56,412 nucleotides of DNA from Amoeboaphelidium occidentale (taxonomy: Eukaryota): NCBI GenBank assembly GCA_023515795.1, contig JALGPX010000014.1, positions 310,001 to 366,412 on the forward strand, in the 5' to 3' direction. This document shows positions 30,925 to 44,002 of the stretch, piece after piece. Both the position numbers and the translations under genes were made by a program. Under the pieces are notes generated by a model. That model saw only the letters and a program-made list of their open reading frames with translations. It did not search any database and had not been told where the DNA came from. The first letter of the stretch is position 1. Every line of letters starts with the position of its first letter.

Positions 30925-33789
30925 TTACGGAGCCATTTTGTTGGACTTGGCAACCGAGTTGTCAACATTGCCGCCCAACATAGCGATGGCTTCTTCGTCA
31001 TCTTGTTCCTCTTCAGCTCCTTCAACTGCAACCTTTGCGATATATCTTTCACGTTCAATAGCCAAACGAACTTTCTCAGGAACATCAGGAACGAGGTAGG
31101 CCAAAAGCAATTTAATACCAAACATCAAGTGCTCATAGAAAAGAACAAAGCATATTCTACCAATTAATTTCGAGTTTCTGTCCAGACTTCTCAAGAAAGT
31201 ATACTCAAACCAGTCGCTGGAAAACGCAACAAGAGAAGCATTGGTTATAACTGCAAGATAACTGATACTTGTCAAGATCGACATCCAAGAACCAATACCT
31301 TCAGAGCCACTAGGAACAGGTCTCTGATATTCAATTAACAACTTCCTTGCATCCAGACGGATCTCTGTCAAATTATTCAGTAACGCACACAAAGCTCCAA
31401 GAGGGAAAGCAGAGACAAATAAAGTGACGTATCCAAACTGCAAAGCCATCTCATTGTACTCTGCGGTTAAATCAGTAAACTTGTTTAGAGCGTCGTCTTT
31501 AGCGTATTGAGGAATATGGTCATCGTCTTCTTCAATCTCCAGCTGCTTTTCGTCGACTGTTTCACCTGCGGCACGTTTCGCTTCAAGTTCTTCAATTCTA
31601 CGCTTTTTCTCTGCTTTTGTCGCCAAGTAACGAGTGCCCCAACTACAAGTTAATCATGTCATCGAAAAAATTACGGTATCAATCCTTCCATAACTTGACC
31701 GATAGCTTGACTTCCAACAAAAATGAAGACAAGCGAAATGAACAAGTCGTAAATACAGGATCTTCCTCCTTGTGAACAAGTATCCTCCCAACCAAGACCG
31801 AGGACATTCTGACCTGCGTACTGTTTGATCAAACCGACATAAAACAAAGTGGAGTAAGAGTTGACAAAGTCAAACAAGAATCTCTTAGAAATCAATGCGT
31901 CTACATATCAGCATGAATGTTAAAGATAGAAGTACTTTCGAAATCTGTTTCAGTGCGATGATTCTCCCAGTTCGTCAATTTTAGCGAAACACCTTTGTAA
32001 ATTGCACCCATGATTTGAATCGTAACTAACGATAGGATTGAAGCAATAACGGCGGCGCCTACATCGGACTCCTTGAATGAATTTGTTACACCCGCCTAGA
32101 GATAAGAATAAACCGAATGCACAACATACCTTAAAGACAATAATGCCACCGACGACCGCGATAACTATAAAGATAGCCAAAACACCAACTAATACCGATA
32201 CAAACTTTTTAAATTTATACTCAAAGTCTGGAACGTATTTCTCAAACTTTCCAGTAATTGGAGATTTTCTAGCACTTGTCGGCTAAAACGGTCAAATCAA
32301 ACATTCCTGAGGCTTACCTTCCATTCGGGTCTAGCAACCTCTTCTTCTTCATAATCAAGCATTCCCCAACGGAATGATAAGGTAACACTTCTTCTCTTCC
32401 AGAATTCAAGGAACAAAGTTGTCCAGATAGACATTGCCAAAGTGTAAGCAAGGGTAAACGGATGATCAAATATCTTCGAAGCACCGCTAGGAGGCAATTC
32501 AAACTCATTGGTAGAACTTGGATCGGTTGAATTAGCCATAGTTCCATTTAAAGAAACAATTGGCAAAGGATCACTTGCATAATCTGAAACACCATACAAA
32601 AAGGCGATGAAGCCAACAAACGAAGCAATGGTCAGCCAAGCTGTATAAAAGCCCAACCATGCAAAGTAGAAAGCAATCTTCTCTCCATAGTACTCTCTGA
32701 TATCATCATATGGTTGAACAGAGAACCATTTTTGAACCCAAGTTCTGTTCAAGTGGGCTCTCATATTGGTGTACTGTGGGTCTTTTTTAAAAGTGCCATC
32801 ATGCAAAGGATAGTATTCTGTGAACACTTTCATATCTAGCAAATTTCTAATACCACGTTTGGTCTTTTTCTTAACACCAGTTATACGAACATGACTGATT
32901 ATGTGGTTCGTAATCAAGATCCTTTTTGCAGTTTTAAAGAAATTCTGCTGGACAATAGCAAGACCCAATTTCTTGACATTGCCATTCGCAAAAGAGCTCA
33001 ATTTTTCAACTCTGAAATATGCACGAGGCTTGTTACTTTCTGTGGATCCCATGAAGATCAACTGGGTGATTTGGTCAATAGCATTCGTGTTGTCATCATT
33101 TTCAATTGGTTTATCGAGAAAGAAATTCAATTTCATATCCTCAGCATTTTGAGCCATGACATCAAATGGAGTGATCACTTTGATGTAGACCTCATCACCT
33201 TTTGATGTTGGTTCATATTCAAAATACAAACCAGCATTCATCATCTCATCTTCAAACTTGGTGCGATATCTTTGGAAATCATCCTTTTCATCTTCGCACT
33301 TATACTTCAAGATGTAATCATAAAAGGGTGCACCATAAACTAACTTCACAATCGCATCACCATTTGGTTCACCTCCTACAGATAATAATGATCACACTAT
33401 TGATCACACACAGAAGCTTACCATACTTTTGCAAGGCAGCCAAATAATTGTTTTCTTTGGTATTTCCTCTATGGAAAGCTTCGATCCTTTCAAACAGCTC
33501 AACATCCTCCAACTTCTTCAAAACCACAAGTCTGTTTTTCATTCTCTTCATCACTCTTTCATCAGTCTTCTCTGTAGTGTAGCGAAACATATTTCCAGCC
33601 TCTTGATCATCGGTTTTATCACCCCTGGTCAAAGATCCAGCCATGATCATGCTTGGTGGTTGCTGTGGGGACGGCACTTCCGGAGTAGGCATATGAGGAA
33701 TCTCCGGTGTGGGCATGCGCTCAGTTGTAGGATCTTCTCTGATCTTAAAATTTATTAGGGATTTATTAAAGTAAACTTACAGAGGACAT
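30925..33789 (-). CDS. Anoctamin/TMEM16 family Ca2+-activated scramblase/channel (multi-exon)
   Basis: QPYDDIREYYGEKIAFYFAWLGFYT, FLEFWKR, FDFVNSY, EYNEMALQFGYVTLF...FPL...NN..EIRLDA; start MSS|IREDP. Confidence 0.93.
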
Positions 33790-34176
33790 CCTTTGATCAG
33801 TTGGTACTTTGAAACAAGTCGTTTGGCTCCCGGTTGTTTGATCATGGCAACAGCGCCGCAGCGGGAAAGCCCGAAGAATCTAGTCATTTCGTATAAGTGG
33901 TTGTTAAGGAAGAGGACGATAATCCAGTGGTATTTGGATAGTTACTTACATATTGTCTTGATTGTTCACTCGAGTGGTCGACAAGTTGAAGGTTCAGTAT
34001 CGTGTTTCAAGCTAAAGCAACAATCCTGGTAGATATGAATCCCTATAGGCTTTCCATGATATCATTTACTTGAGAACTACAGAACATTTATCAGGAAAAC
34101 TCTCGGCTTAAATCGCCAATTAAACCCAGCTTCTGATTGGGGACATGAAAAGCACTTCTTCCACAATTTTCAAGGA

Positions 34177-34283
34177 ATGTGGCCGGCTCTTTAAAGTCCT
34201 CTCCTTCTGCCTTTTACCGAAGTAGACCATGGAGTCGGTCTTAAGCATTCCTCAAATTTTTGAGTCTCCGCCCATACGGGCTA
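34177..34283 (+). ncRNA. U5: U5 spliceosomal snRNA
   Basis: Invariant loop I GCCTTTTAC (34209-34217) closed by CTTC/GAAG; lower stem GGCCGGCTC/GAGTCGGTC; Sm site AAATTTTTG (34254-34262); 3' hairpin GCCC-ATAC-GGGC. Ends approximate. Confidence 0.9.
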
Positions 34284-34448
34284 CTTTAAATCTGTCTTTA
34301 TGTCTGTGAGCTTAAAATTATCGTAATTTGAAATTCCCTGTAAGCTCCTGCAGTCTTCCCATCGACGCAAAACCTAAGTTACCCACGTGCTTTCCCACAC
34401 GCTGCCATTAAAGCACTTCTCTTCTCGTCAGCTTTTTTTGTTTACGGA

Positions 34449-36122
34449 ATGACGACGCACGAAGCCAAGAAAGTTGAAACGACGCCCTTCAAAGACCAGA
34501 AGCCTGGAACTTCCGGTCTGCGCAAGAAAGTTAAAGTCTTTCAGCAGTCGAATTATACGGAGAACTTTATTCAGGCCATTTGGAATTCCATCGAGCACAA
34601 GGGCTGCACATTTGTCATTGGCGGAGATGGTCGCTTCTTCATGCAAGACGCAATTCAAATCATTATCAGAATGGCTGCCGCTAACGAAGTAAAGAAACTT
34701 GTAATTGGCAAAGATGGTATTCTGTCTACACCAGCGGCTTCGAATCTGATAAGAAAGCGCAAAGCTTCCGGAGGAATTGTTTTAACTGCGAGCCACAATC
34801 CAGGCGGACAGAACGCTGACTTTGGTATCAAGTACAATGTTTCTAATGGTGGTCCTGCGCCTGAGGCCGTGACCAATAAGATTTACGAGCAATCGAAACA
34901 GTTGCAGCATTATTTGATATCGCAGTTTGAACCTGTTGACTTGTCGAAGCTTGGTTCTGTTCGTCGTGGCAATTTGGTAGTCGAAATTGTGGACAGCGTT
35001 GAAGATTATGTTGAGCTGATGAAGGAGATATTCGATTTCGGCATGATCAAAGAATTCTTTGCTGCACGCCCTGATTTCAAGTTTGTTTTTGATGGAATGA
35101 ATGGTGTTACAGGTCCTTATGGTCAGCGTATTTTTGTGAAGGAGCTTGGTTTGCCAAAAGAATCTGTTATTAGAGGAGAACCTTTGAATGACTTTGGTGG
35201 TGAACATCCAGATCCTAATTTGACTTATGCTAAAGAGTTGGTTGACAAGGTTCAAAAGGAAAAGATTTCATTTGGTTGTGCGGCTGATGGAGATGGTGAC
35301 AGAAACATGATAATTGCTCACGATGTTTTTGTTAATCCTTGTGATTCTGTTGCTATAATTGCTGCATACGCTGACAAGGCCATTCCTTATTTTGCTAAAA
35401 CTGGTGTGAAAGGTTTGGCTAGATCTATGCCTTCAAGTTGTGCTCTTGACCGTGTTGCTGCGAAACATAGTATTGAAATATTTGAAACTCCTACTGGATG
35501 GAAATTCTTTGGCAATTTGATGGATGCAGGTAAATTGTCTATTTGCGGTGAAGAAAGCTTTGGCACTGGTTCTGATCATGTTAGAGAGAAGGACGGATTA
35601 TGGGCAATGTTGGCATGGCTGTCCATTTTGGCGTTTATAAACAAGACAGATAAGACTGTCTCTATTAAGTCTGTCTTACAGAAGCATTATCAAGAGTATG
35701 GACGTAACTTCTTTTCCAGATATGATTACGAAGAAGTAGATTCCGATAAAGCGAACAAGATGATGGATCATTTGAAGCATTTAACCAAAGACGGCTTAAA
35801 AGATTTCGTTGGACAGACTATTGGCGATTTCACAGTTGCAAAGTGTGATGACTTCTCGTACACTGATCCAATTGACTCTAGCGTCTCATCAGGTCAAGGA
35901 ATCAGAATTATATTCACTGATACATCAAGACTGGTTTTTAGATTATCAGGTACAGGTTCATCAGGTGCTACTATTCGTGTTTACATTGAGAAATACTCTA
36001 ATGACAAGGCGCAATATGATAAAGATGCAGCTGATGTATTGAAACCATTAATCGAAACTGCATTGAAGATATCCAAACTTGAAGAATTCACAGGAAGACG
36101 TGAACCAACAGTAATCACTTAA
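34449..36122 (+). CDS. PGM: Phosphoglucomutase
   Basis: [42 protein letters not shown]. Confidence 0.97.
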   Translation: MTTHEAKKVETTPFKDQKPGTSGLRKKVKVFQQSNYTENFIQAIWNSIEHKGCTFVIGGDGRFFMQDAIQIIIRMAAANEVKKLVIGKDGILSTPAASNLIRKRKASGGIVLTASHNPGGQNADFGIKYNVSNGGPAPEAVTNKIYEQSKQLQHYLISQFEPVDLSKLGSVRRGNLVVEIVDSVEDYVELMKEIFDFGMIKEFFAARPDFKFVFDGMNGVTGPYGQRIFVKELGLPKESVIRGEPLNDFGGEHPDPNLTYAKELVDKVQKEKISFGCAADGDGDRNMIIAHDVFVNPCDSVAIIAAYADKAIPYFAKTGVKGLARSMPSSCALDRVAAKHSIEIFETPTGWKFFGNLMDAGKLSICGEESFGTGSDHVREKDGLWAMLAWLSILAFINKTDKTVSIKSVLQKHYQEYGRNFFSRYDYEEVDSDKANKMMDHLKHLTKDGLKDFVGQTIGDFTVAKCDDFSYTDPIDSSVSSGQGIRIIFTDTSRLVFRLSGTGSSGATIRVYIEKYSNDKAQYDKDAADVLKPLIETALKISKLEEFTGRREPTVIT

Positions 36123-36251
36123 AATAAAATCGAAATTTTCTAATATGAAAGCTCTGTACGACGGTTACAGTGTCGTGATACCGTTCCTGTCGTGTTGATT
36201 GGCAGCGAGCTTGTTCAAAACAAGATTTTCAGTAAAAAACGACTTGCCGCA

Positions 36252-37256
36252 ATGTCTGCCCAGGAACAACAGAGGACAATATTTCAAATGTTGGCTCAGG
36301 TCTATGCTCTGGACAAGAACCAGAAGTGGAGCCCATTGACTCAAGACATAATAACAGTATCATTCATTTGGAACGAACAAACTGGTGTAACGAGACTATT
36401 TGGACAGGATGATAAAGGAACAGTCATTGTGAACTCAACTATTCTACCAAATATGGCATACCGACGCCCATCCGATACTTTTGTGCAGTGGTTTGATAGT
36501 CAACATATTCTATTTGGCCTGAATTTAACTTCGACATCTGATGCGGAAGCTTTTGAGAGGGAATTCGAAATTGCTACCGGAAAGCGAGGAAGGAAACCTA
36601 AAGCCGGAAGTTCTTCTCCAAGCCCTAGTCAAAAGCTGATGAATTATACTGCTGCTTCAACGGAGAAAACGACATCTCCTGCATTGTCAACAACAACAGC
36701 AGCAGCGAATGTGAACGGAACTGGAGCGACTGTAACGAACCAATCAGCAAACGCTACGGACGCCAAAGAGAAAGTTATCGATAATAACATGCCGGCAGAT
36801 AACAAATCAGAACTCGGCCAGAACGCAACATCAACCACGCAATCCATCAAGCTGCTACGATCAGATGTAAGTTTTTGTTGTTTATAGGAAGTAGTCCTCT
36901 AACAATTTCTGTAGGCATCACAACAATCTCTATCAGACATGAAACAAATGACTCAGCTAAAAGCAAGAATCAAAGAACTTGAATTGCAAAATGTCACTTT
37001 GGAAGCAGAGAAAAGCTCTTTAAATGAAACGATCGCTTCTCAAACGAAAACCATCAGTGGCCTGAACACGATAATCAAACAGTTGGAAGCTGACATTGAC
37101 AAATTGAAGGCAGCTTTCCAACAGAACGCATCAAATGTCTCTATTTGGAAACAGCAACTTCAGACCTATCAGGAAGTCAATGAACAGCTGAGCAGGAAAA
37201 CAACGGAATTGGCAGAATTGTACGAACGCTTTGGGGAAATTCTGAGACGAGATTAA
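36252..37256 (+). CDS. Homer-like scaffold protein (EVH1 + coiled coil), intron 36867-36914
   Basis: EVH1 with VIVNSTILPNMAY...FVQW.D...FGL; coiled coil KLKAAFQQNASNVSIWKQQLQTYQE resembles the Homer LT.AL.ES.ANV.QWKQQL..YQE segment. Confidence 0.8.
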
Positions 37257-37318
37257 TTAATTGCGAACTGTCCAGCAATAAAACCTGTTTTTTGTATTTT
37301 CCAAATTTGAAACAGCGA

Positions 37319-38763
37319 ATGGACGACGATACAATTTCGAACTTTATGGCGATTACCGGTAACCCTTTCAATTGGGCTTCCATGCCCCCAATTTCTGACT
37401 AGTTGTTAACGTTTTCCCTTTACAGGCGCAACCACAGAAAAGGCTACACAGTATCTCCAAGTGGCAGACTTCAATTTCGAACAGGCTGTTAATTTGTACT
37501 TGGAAACAGACGGAGGCCTTCAGCTGGAAGCTCAAGATTCTGTCAGCGCTGAAGTCAGATCTCCCACAAGTGACAATTTAGACCAGATCGGCACAATAGC
37601 GGATGCCCTGCAAAGTAGAGCGTCTGAAATGGAAGAGTTTCATGATGCTGAAGAGTTTCTGGATACTTCCTTCAGGAGGTCTGGCGATTTGCAGGAAAGA
37701 ATTGCTGCTTATGATCCCACCTCTTTACGCTCAATGCACGACTTCTTGGCTGGCGGTATGACAGGAATCCCTATGCCGCTTAGACAGACAAATCGCCCTG
37801 TCGCAATTGGTGATGGCGAGGAAGATGGTAATTGTTTCACTTTGAATATTAATTGGTAATTTTGGTAGAACAGGGAATGCGTTTGGCAAGGCTGTTTTCG
37901 CCTCCTTATGAGATTATGTTCAGAGGTTCATTCTTTGATGCCAGGGATACCGCAAACAATGAGCAGAAATGGTTGATTGTTACCCTGCATGATCCACAAA
38001 TATTTCAGTGTCAAGTCATGAACAGAGATTTATGGAAGAATTCTGCTATTATGGAATTGATCAAATCTTCTTGTATCTTTCAGCAGTTTGTTGTAGAGAC
38101 ACCAGAAGCTCTTGCTTATCGGAATTTTTATCCGGTTGACAGTATTCCACACATTGCAATTATCGATCCACGAACAGGAGAGCGTGTGAAAGTTTGGAGT
38201 CATGCTCCTGATGTTAGCGAGTTTTCTGTGGATTTGGCTGACTTTTTGGAATCAAATTCATTGCACAAGTTCACTGCTGCAAAGAGTAAAACAGAGCATG
38301 TGGATTTAACTGAAGATGAACAAGTAGAATTGGCAATGGCACTTTCAAATGACGAAAAATCTACGAAAGAAAAACCAGATGAAGTTGTTATAATTGACTC
38401 TAACGCCCCGTCGCCATCAAAATCTGCACCAACGGCTGCGCATATATCATTGTCTATACCCGCAAAAGAGCATGAAAATCCACCTGCTGATAAGCCATCC
38501 ACTTCGATACAGTTTAGATTTTCTGATGGTCAGAAGATTGTAAAAAAGTTTTTGAAGTCAGACATGGTACGAGCATTGTTTGAGCATTTGAAAGCAGTCA
38601 GGGAAGATTTGAAAACGAAACCTTTTGAGGTATGTCAATTTCATTATCGATCGTTCTTACTGTTTAGATTATGTTTCATAGAGATCAACTCAGCACCAAA
38701 TTATCATCTACACTCGAGGAACTTTCAATAGTTTCTGCAATGTTGAATGTTGATTTGGTCTAG
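37319..38763 (+). CDS. UBX domain protein Ubx5/UBXN7-like (UBA-UAS-UIM-UBX)
   Basis: ISNFMAITG...A.QYL...FEQAV (UBA-like), LARLFSPP..IM, FQCQVMNRDLW, IIDPRTGE, TSIQFRFSDG; three introns. Confidence 0.9.
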
Positions 38764-38840
38764 GGCTTGAAAGATGCAATCCGGCAGAGAATCTAAAAAT
38801 AAATTTCATTTCATTTCAATATCATTCTGCGTGTTACAAG

Positions 38841-40303
38841 ATGTCAAGCTTACAGACACCAGGCAATCCAGAAGATGTGTATCAGAAAGTTGTTCGAATC
38901 GGAAAGGGTTCGTTCGGTGAAGTGTTCAAAGGGTAAGCATCATATTGGTTGTGATGATCTTCTAAAACCTCTTAAATAGACTCGACAAGAAGACCAAGCA
39001 ACCTGTTGCCATTAAGATCATCGATTTAGAGAGTGCTGAAGATGAAATCGAAGACATCCAGCAAGAGATCAAGATTCTCGCTACTTTGGACTCCGAGTTC
39101 TGTACCAGATACTTTGGTAGTTACTTGGATGGAAGCAAATTGTGGATCATCATGGAGTTCTGCGCTGGTGGAAGTTGTCTCGACTTGGTAAGATGGAAGC
39201 TCGATAAGGTCGCATTAACTTTTGCAGATGAAACCTGGACCTTTTGAAGAGGTCTTCACTGCCATTATTTTGCGCGAAGTTTTGAAGGGTTTGGAGTATC
39301 TTCATGATCATCAGAAGCTGCATCGTGATATTAAGGCAGCTAATATCCTACTGACTGCTACTGGCGATGTGAAACTTGCTGACTTTGGTGTCTCTGGTCA
39401 AATCACTGCAACCATGACCAAAAAGAATACCTTTGTCGGAACACCATTCTGGATGGCACCAGAGGTTATCCAGCAGTCAGGATATGACTATAAAGCGGAT
39501 ATTTGGTCTCTAGGTATCACTGCTATCGAAATGTCCAAAGGAACACCTCCATATGCTGACATGCATCCAATGAGAGTCTTGTTCTTGATCCCAAAGAACG
39601 AACCTCCACAACTTGAAGGAACTTTCTCTAAAGCATTCAAAGAATTTTTGGCATTGTGCCTATTGAAGGATCCGAATGCGCGTCAACCAGCAAAGGAATT
39701 GTTAAAGCACAGATTCATTAAGGCTGCAAAGAAGACATCATACTTGACTGAGTTGATTGAACGTAAGGAAAGATGGACTCAAGAGCACGGTGACGAAGGA
39801 TCAAGTAACTCTGATGACGAAGAAGAAGGCGAGGAAAATGCTGATAAAGCCGGTGGGGCTGGATGGGATTTTGGTACCACCAAGGCAAAACCAGGTGCAC
39901 AATCATCAGAATCTACTCTTGGAAAGGACAAAGCTATTGCTGCTGGAGGAACTATCAGAGGTAAGTTGCAGCTTCTAAAAATGACTAATTTTTAAGCTCC
40001 ATCTGGTGCTCCAGCTCCTGGCATTGAAGCCAACAGTAAGTTCTTTCTGATGCTTATTAATATTATAGAAAAATCTGGAGATGCTTCTCAGTCAAAGTTC
40101 AAATCTGTTGTAGAACCAATATTGTCAAAGGTACGCGTTTATTTCTAAAGCGTCGATTAATGTTTTAGTTGGAATCAAACACTCCAAAAGCTCAATCTGC
40201 TTTGCAGGCTATCAAGAAAGCATTTGAAGATGCAGAGAAGGAAGATCCAACTGTCACGGAAAAGTTCTTAATCGAAATTGCTCAAAAATTGTCAACTTCT
40301 TAA
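38841..40303 (+). CDS. STE20/GCK-III kinase (MST3/MST4/STK25-like), multi-exon
   Basis: [62 protein letters not shown]-terminal [13 protein letters not shown] helix. Confidence 0.93.
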
Positions 40304-40384
40304 TTCCGAAATCACCAATAAAAAGTTTTCGAAGGTTTCACGGCCAAAGTTGTAAAAATAGTTTTTTGTGATAAAACCAAATAT

Positions 40385-43300
40385 ATGGAGTTTCAGTTAC
40401 TTTACAGCCACAAGCCTAACCGAAGACTTGCGATAAGACCCAGAGGAAGCTCTGATAAGAAGGCAAACTTTGTGCTAGTGCTTGAAACAATCGAAAGATC
40501 ATCAAAATCAAGCTCAAGTAACAATGTCAATTGCACCGCACGTTTTCAACCAGCCTCATCTTTTCAGTTAACCGACTATTCTCCCTTGACTAATGCGACG
40601 ATATATGGATGTTTGGGCCTAGTGCTCGTTGATAATGGTAAGTGATATCAGAAGTTTCTAATGTGATTTTATTGTTAGAACCTTTCGTATGTCTGGTAAC
40701 AGATGGACAATCAGTTGGTGATATCGAGGGCTCGGCGATCTATCGTATCAATAATGTCATGTTCTTTTCGCTGGTATCAGATAAGTATGATGAGCTCGTG
40801 GAGAATGGAGCGTCTTATCTCCAACAAAGGGATCCTGGGCTGCAACCTATTTCTCTGGACAACGCGAACGATCAAATGGAAACATTGAGGCATCCATGCC
40901 AGCCTTTGCAAAAGTTCTTACAGTCCGGATCATTCTATTTCTCATATGATTTTGACTTGACACGACAAGCTTCAGTGCGTTTGAAAGGAACAGAATACTC
41001 AAGCATTTGGGAGTCATCTGATGAAAGATTCTTTTGGAATCGTCATATCATTAAAGAGCTGCTTAAGTTTAGAAAACAATTGCCCGAGTATGATCAAAAG
41101 GTTTTGGACTCTGAGGGAATACTCGTGATGGCGATCAGTGGTTTTGTTCGTATCGATGATGTTCAGTATAATGGCGACAATCTGAAAGTAGCATTGATTT
41201 CGCGTTTGTCTTGCAAGAGAGCCGGAACTCGTTTCAATGCGAGAGGTGTTGATGATGATGGTTGCGCAGCGAACAATGTTGAAACAGAGACGCTACTTTA
41301 CACTAAGGACTTTTGTTATTCACACGTTTTGTTGAGGGGATCAGTTCCATTATTTTGGGAACAGCAGGGATTGCAGCTTGGTCAACATAAAATTCAAATC
41401 ACAAGAAGTTTTGAAGCTACACATCCAGCGGTCGAAAGGCATTTCAATGATTTGATCGACAAGTATGGAAAACAACATGTAGTAAATCTACTTAGCACAA
41501 AAGAAGGTTCAGCAGAACTACAATTGTCTGAGGCATTCAGAACTCATGTCATAAAGTTGAATCAACCAGATCTGATATCAATGACTAATTTCGACTTTCA
41601 TGCCCACGTGAAGGGAAACCAATATGAGAACCTTAGCATGCTGACTAGTATGCTGAGAGATGCTACAAAGTCTTTTGGATACTTTTTGTTTAACAGAAAA
41701 ACAAAAGAGGTCCTTTTAACTCAATCTGGCACATTCAGAGTAAATTGTCTGGATTGTCTTGACAGAACAAATGTGGTCGAAGGTCTCCTCTGCAAAGATA
41801 CTTTGAATTCTTTTCTTGTTAATTTCATGAGATCAAGTGCGGATATTCTGTTCAATATGTGTCTTAACGAGCAATGGGCTGATAATGGAGACGAGTTGTC
41901 AAGAATTTATACTGGCACGGGAGCCTTGAAATCAGGATTTACCAGAAGCGGTAAACGGACTCTCGCAGGACTAATGGATGATGCCAAGAAGTCTGCAACT
42001 AGATTTTATCAGAACAATTTTCAAGATAAGTATAAACAAGAGGTGATTGATCTTCTGTTGGGAAAACTTGGTGATCGCAGCGAAATTCGGTTGTTCAATC
42101 CTATAAGAGAAGCTGTGATGCAGTCTTTACAAAGTCGTTTCTCAGAGTTTGCCAAAATTGTATCTTTGAAAACGCACGTTGCGACATGGAACGTTAACGG
42201 GAAACAACCACAAGGAGAAAGTCTTCTTCCATGGCTCACATTTGACAGCAACTCATCGCTAGCAGATATATACATTGTAGGCTTCCAAGAAATTGTTGAA
42301 CTATCTCCTCAACAAATGATGGCCACAGATAACTCCAAGAGGCTAGGATGGGAGGAACTGTTGCTCAAGACTCTAAATAGTGTTTCAGGCTCAAATTTCG
42401 TGCTTCTCCGATCTGGCCAATTAGTTGGAGCTGCACTTATTATACTGGTCCGAGCTCCTCTTGCGGCAAACATAAGAAATGTTGACATCGCCACGAAGAA
42501 GACTGGATTTGCTGGTCTTGCTGGAAACAAAGGTGGTGTAGCCATTAGAATGGAAATCTTTGATACTTCTGTTTGCTTCTTATGTGCTCATTTGGCAGCG
42601 GGGCATTCTAATGTAGAAGATCGTAATCAAGATTACAGAACCATAAGTGAAGGTCTTGTATTTAAAAAAGGAAAAACGATTAGAGACCACGAAATGATAT
42701 TTTTCTTTGGGGATTTCAATTACAGAATTGACATGGCTTATGAAGATGTTCTTAATTGCATAGGAAAAGGAGAGATTGATTATTTGTTGAAATATGATCA
42801 GGTAAACTTCAGTCAAAGTAACGCTAAATATTAGCTTTTGAACCAAATGAGAAAGGAGTACACGTTCCCCCAATACTCAGAGGGCGCAATCAAATTCTTA
42901 CCGACCTACAAATACGACAATGGAACAAACCAGTATGACACTAGTGAGAAACAAAGAATCCCAGCTTGGACAGATAGAATTTTGTTTACTGGCAGCGGTA
43001 TTACTGTGCAAAAATACGAAAGAGCTGAGCTTCTATCATCTGATCATAAACCTGTTAAAGGATTGTTTCAGCTTGATGTTCGTGTGGTCAACAAAGAAGT
43101 CAAAGAAAGAATACAACAAGAACTGTATAGAAAATACACTGAAGTTGGATCTACTCTTACTGTTCCGCCTGCAAATACTATGGGTTCTTCTAAGAGTAAG
43201 TTTATGTTTGTACTTATGCTTAATGTTTAGGTTTGAATAGTTTGACACCATCTGTCCCAATTGCGCCATTAATTGACCTAGGAGAAAACACGTCAGCCTT

Positions 43301-43844
43301 TACAGCGCCTGCAACAGTACAGCCTACCAAAGTTAATGCATCTTTTAATTGGTGGGAAGATAATTCAGGTGATGTGAATGCTTTAACCACGCAAGCAAAA
43401 CAGTTGGATCTGAATTCCACAGCAAAAGCATCGCCTCCAGTTCCAAAGAAGCCGGCATATTTGGTTAATAACTCAAACGTGCAGTCTTTCTCAAGTCCAG
43501 TGCAAACTTTTGGGTTTCCGCCTCAAAGTCAGAACTTTGGACAATACGGTGCATCACAACCTCCTGCATTACCACCAAGACCTCAACCTAACGCGTTTTC
43601 CTACCAAGACACGAGCCTATTTGGAAACAGCAGTCACAGTACAGGAAATGGCTGGGCTGTACCTACTGCAAGCGTTAACCCGTCAAATTTCGCTCATTCT
43701 CCGCTTCTGGTCCAACAAAGGGTAGACGTAGGCAACATGAAAGTTGATCCTTTAAGAATGCAACCACCAGCAAAGAACGCAATGAAACAGACTGTAGACC
43801 CCTTTGGAGATCCTTTTGGTGACCCATGGGCTTCATCAAAATAG
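40385..43844 (+). CDS. Synaptojanin-like polyphosphoinositide phosphatase (Sac1 + 5-phosphatase + Pro-rich/DPF tail)
   Basis: RAGTRFNARG, RVNCLDCLDRTN, GNKGGV, FFGDFNYRI, PAWTDRIL, SDHKPV; tail DPFGDPFGDPW. Confidence 0.95.
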
Positions 43845-44002
43845 ATTGATAGATTCATCGATAAGCTTTTCTGGAAGTTTGTTTCAGCTTTCTGAACATG
43901 ACAGATGATCATACAAGACATGAGAGATCTGCGAGTGATCATGTACAGGGCAGAGTGAAAACCATTCATAATAAGCGAGTATCAAGGTTTACTTTGCATC
44001 GG

